DNA from: Candidatus Nomurabacteria bacterium
Lineage (GTDB): Bacteria; Patescibacteriota; Saccharimonadia; Saccharimonadales; VXPC01
Direction: 5' to 3'
NCBI GenBank assembly: GCA_020631905.1
Contig: JACKGQ010000001.1
Span: 229,854-293,853 of the forward strand
DNA length: 64,000 nucleotides
In this document: positions 61,939-64,000 of the stretch, piece after piece
How the letters are laid out: each line of letters opens with the position of its first letter
Position numbering within the stretch: the first letter of the stretch is position 1
Made by a program: the position numbers and the translations under genes
The notes under the pieces: generated by a model
Told to the model about the DNA's origin: nothing
The model's database searches: none
Seen by the model: the letters and a program-made list of their open reading frames with translations, nothing else

Positions 61939-63639
61939 ATGAGCAAAAAGCAGGCGGTGGTAGCTTTTATACGGCGAGTTTATTGGTTTCGCATATTGCT
62001 CGTATTAACCGCGATCTGCATACTCGACATTCTCTTTCAGCTTGGTCTACCAACTAACACTACTAGCTCAAACGCTCGGCTCGGAGAAAACAATATTGTA
62101 TCGATGAAAGCCAGCGATATCGAACATATGCTCTCGGTTTACGAAGATAGTTCGTACATTTATATCAAGGTAGGCGATGAGCAGTATATTAAAAAGTTTA
62201 AGGACGTCGGTATTACAATCGATATCGACAAGGCCAAGACTCTTGCAAACTATGGCTTGTCGAAGAAGCTGATTCCGTTTAGCGCTCTGTATCGATTTAC
62301 AAATAGTTATCATGACTTGCCATTGATTTACAATTCCGAAACCGCCAGGCCCTTTATCGAAGAAATTGCCGCCTATGGTAATGTCGAACCCGAGCCGGCT
62401 CGCCTAATCGCCAATAATGGCCAAGTTGGAGTTGTGGCCGACGTACCTGGCACGAATGTCGATGTCGAAGATGCGCTACAGGCGCTTGGCCATGTAGAGT
62501 ACGTTGACCGAATCGAATTCTATGCCGATCAATACGCGGTCCGCAGTGAGTTAACCGAGGCAAAGGCTTCTGAGTTTGCCAATCAGGCCAACCAATTTAT
62601 TAAAACCCCACCCGTATTTGAGCTTGATGGTCAGGTGGTTAATGTTGCGCCCACCAATATGGCCGATTGGTTTAATATCGAACAAGTCAATAGCAAATAT
62701 CAGCTAGCCCTTAATCAAGACGCAGTTGGCGAGTATTTAGACCAAGTTGCTCATGAACTTTTTGTTCCGTCTGTTGGTACTAAGGTAACCTTACTGGATG
62801 GTCAGGAAACAACTCGAGTAAATGGAGTCGCAGGTAAGGTCTTAGATAAGCAGAAGGCTCTTGCCGATATCGAAGCGGCACTCAGTAAGGGTGATGTGGG
62901 TCAGTCGATTGATCTTCGGTTAACTGATGTCACGCCTGGAGTAACATACGAACGCACATATTCACGCACTATTAGTGGCCTAAAGGTATTTGTCGCCGAC
63001 ACTGCCGCCCGAGGAAATTTCTATGTAAGCTTAGTTGGCATAGACAATCCTAGCATGAAGGCTGAATACCGAGGTGGCACGAGCATAACTGCCGCTAGCA
63101 CCTATAAAGTCTACGTTGCATATTACATTATGCGCGAGATTGAGCAGGGTCGAGCCGAATGGTCGGACAAGCTTCCTAGTGGACGCCAAGTAGAATCGTG
63201 TATGGAAGATATGATAGTCGTCTCGAGCAATTCGTGTGGTATCGAACTGCGAGATTACTTTGGCATAAGCAAGATTAATAATCAGTTACGAGCAATTGGT
63301 TTACCCAAGGCTCAAGTTGGCCCAGCCCAAACATCTGCCGACGACTTGTCTAACTTCTTCTACAAGCTGACTACCCAGAATATTCTTAGTAGTACTAATC
63401 GAGATAAACTGATTGATATGCTTAAGCGCCAAATACACCGTTTGGCAATACCAGCTGGCGTAGCCCCAACGCCAGTGGCCGACAAAGGTGGTTTTTATGG
63501 CACCTATAATCATGACACCGGAATTGTGTACGCCACCAATGGTCGATATGCATTAACGATCATGAGTGCCGGAGGCTATAGCAAAGCTGACCTTGCCAAT
63601 CTTGCTAGAGATATCCATAATTTTGTAATCAAACTATGA
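61939..63639 (+). CDS. membrane-anchored serine hydrolase (class A beta-lactamase/DD-peptidase-like C-terminal domain)
   Basis: N-terminal TM helix. C-terminal SxxK (ASTYK), SxN (SSN) and KxG (KGG) triad. Confidence 0.6.
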   Translation: MSKKQAVVAFIRRVYWFRILLVLTAICILDILFQLGLPTNTTSSNARLGENNIVSMKASDIEHMLSVYEDSSYIYIKVGDEQYIKKFKDVGITIDIDKAKTLANYGLSKKLIPFSALYRFTNSYHDLPLIYNSETARPFIEEIAAYGNVEPEPARLIANNGQVGVVADVPGTNVDVEDALQALGHVEYVDRIEFYADQYAVRSELTEAKASEFANQANQFIKTPPVFELDGQVVNVAPTNMADWFNIEQVNSKYQLALNQDAVGEYLDQVAHELFVPSVGTKVTLLDGQETTRVNGVAGKVLDKQKALADIEAALSKGDVGQSIDLRLTDVTPGVTYERTYSRTISGLKVFVADTAARGNFYVSLVGIDNPSMKAEYRGGTSITAASTYKVYVAYYIMREIEQGRAEWSDKLPSGRQVESCMEDMIVVSSNSCGIELRDYFGISKINNQLRAIGLPKAQVGPAQTSADDLSNFFYKLTTQNILSSTNRDKLIDMLKRQIHRLAIPAGVAPTPVADKGGFYGTYNHDTGIVYATNGRYALTIMSAGGYSKADLANLARDIHNFVIKL

Positions 63640-64000
63640 GTCGTCGAAAAACATATCTTGGTCTGGCCATTTTTGGAATGTTGATTGCCGCCAGTCTTGG
63701 CTACATACTGATTGCAACTTTTCGCGTAAGCAAGTTGCCCGATATTGAGCAGACCAATCAAGAGCCGACCACACACCAACAAACGTCGGACTCCGAGCCA
63801 GAACTGCCCGAGCCAACCCACTTTAATGCTCATGTATTGCAGCAAACTATCGACGATTGGGTCACCAACCATGCCGGAACATATGGAATTGTCGTCCAGG
63901 ACCCGCGCACCAAGGATACGTTAGCAACTTATAATCAGCACCAAACTTTTTTTACGGCAAGTCTATACAAGTTGTATATGGCTTTTCTGGTCTGGCAAGA
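63636..64000 (+). CDS. membrane-anchored serine hydrolase paralog, 3'-truncated by the window end
   Basis: ATGA overlap with the previous gene. Translation MSRRKTYLGLAIFGMLIAAS... reaches TASLYKLY (SxxK). No stop codon before position 64000. Confidence 0.55.
   Translation, partial: MSRRKTYLGLAIFGMLIAASLGYILIATFRVSKLPDIEQTNQEPTTHQQTSDSEPELPEPTHFNAHVLQQTIDDWVTNHAGTYGIVVQDPRTKDTLATYNQHQTFFTASLYKLYMAFLVWQ

Noticed and set aside
15021-63639. Alternative genetic code (UGA read as Gly or Trp, as in some CPR lineages).
   Set aside because: Conserved proteins end at TGA where their homologs would be expected to end. These include the ATGA start/stop overlaps at 15021, 40910 and 63636 and the msrB stop at 19794-19796. 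No conserved gene is interrupted by an in-frame TGA.

Overview
This 64-kb window comes from a compact, gene-dense bacterial genome of roughly 50% G+C. Intergenic gaps are short, many genes overlap by ATGA, and the standard code applies with TGA used as a stop. The gene content is mostly information-processing and housekeeping: a murE-like ligase, groES-groEL behind a CIRCE operator, argS, dnaG, rpoD, msrA/msrB, polA, mutM, holA, rpsT, truB, rpsO-pnp, RNase J, ftsK, rpsF-ssb-rpsR, efp and tlyA. There is also an LPXTG surface protein, one tRNA-Ser(GGA), many small hypothetical proteins and no biosynthetic operons. This fits a reduced-genome Patescibacteria/CPR organism, possibly Saccharibacteria-like, but that is inference only. 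I saw no CRISPR array, rRNA, transposase, integrase or reverse transcriptase.

Observations most worth follow-up:
1. Two promoter-driven loci of about 0.5 kb (45.85-46.41 kb on +, 57.84-58.32 kb on -) are G+C-rich, ORF-poor and helix-dense. They look like large structured ncRNAs, and I cannot assign them by eye to RNase P, tmRNA or SRP.
2. Four short, strongly G+C-rich ORFs (1.47-2.28, 3.69-4.13, 4.36-4.81 and 39.37-39.90 kb) each have an AT-rich near-consensus sigma70 promoter and their own terminator or terminal hairpin. They are probably foreign genes from a high-GC donor. One carries a tRNA-like element in its 3' region.
3. A family of heptanucleotide tandem arrays sits between the Shine-Dalgarno sequence and the start codon of groEL and of rpsR, and occurs twice in frame inside polA.
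4. The 3' end of tRNA-Ser is duplicated in an att-like pattern.
5. A cluster of genes appears to process peptidoglycan stem peptides.
6. Canonical metal ligands are missing from DnaG, a family-4-like UDG and a PhrB-like protein.
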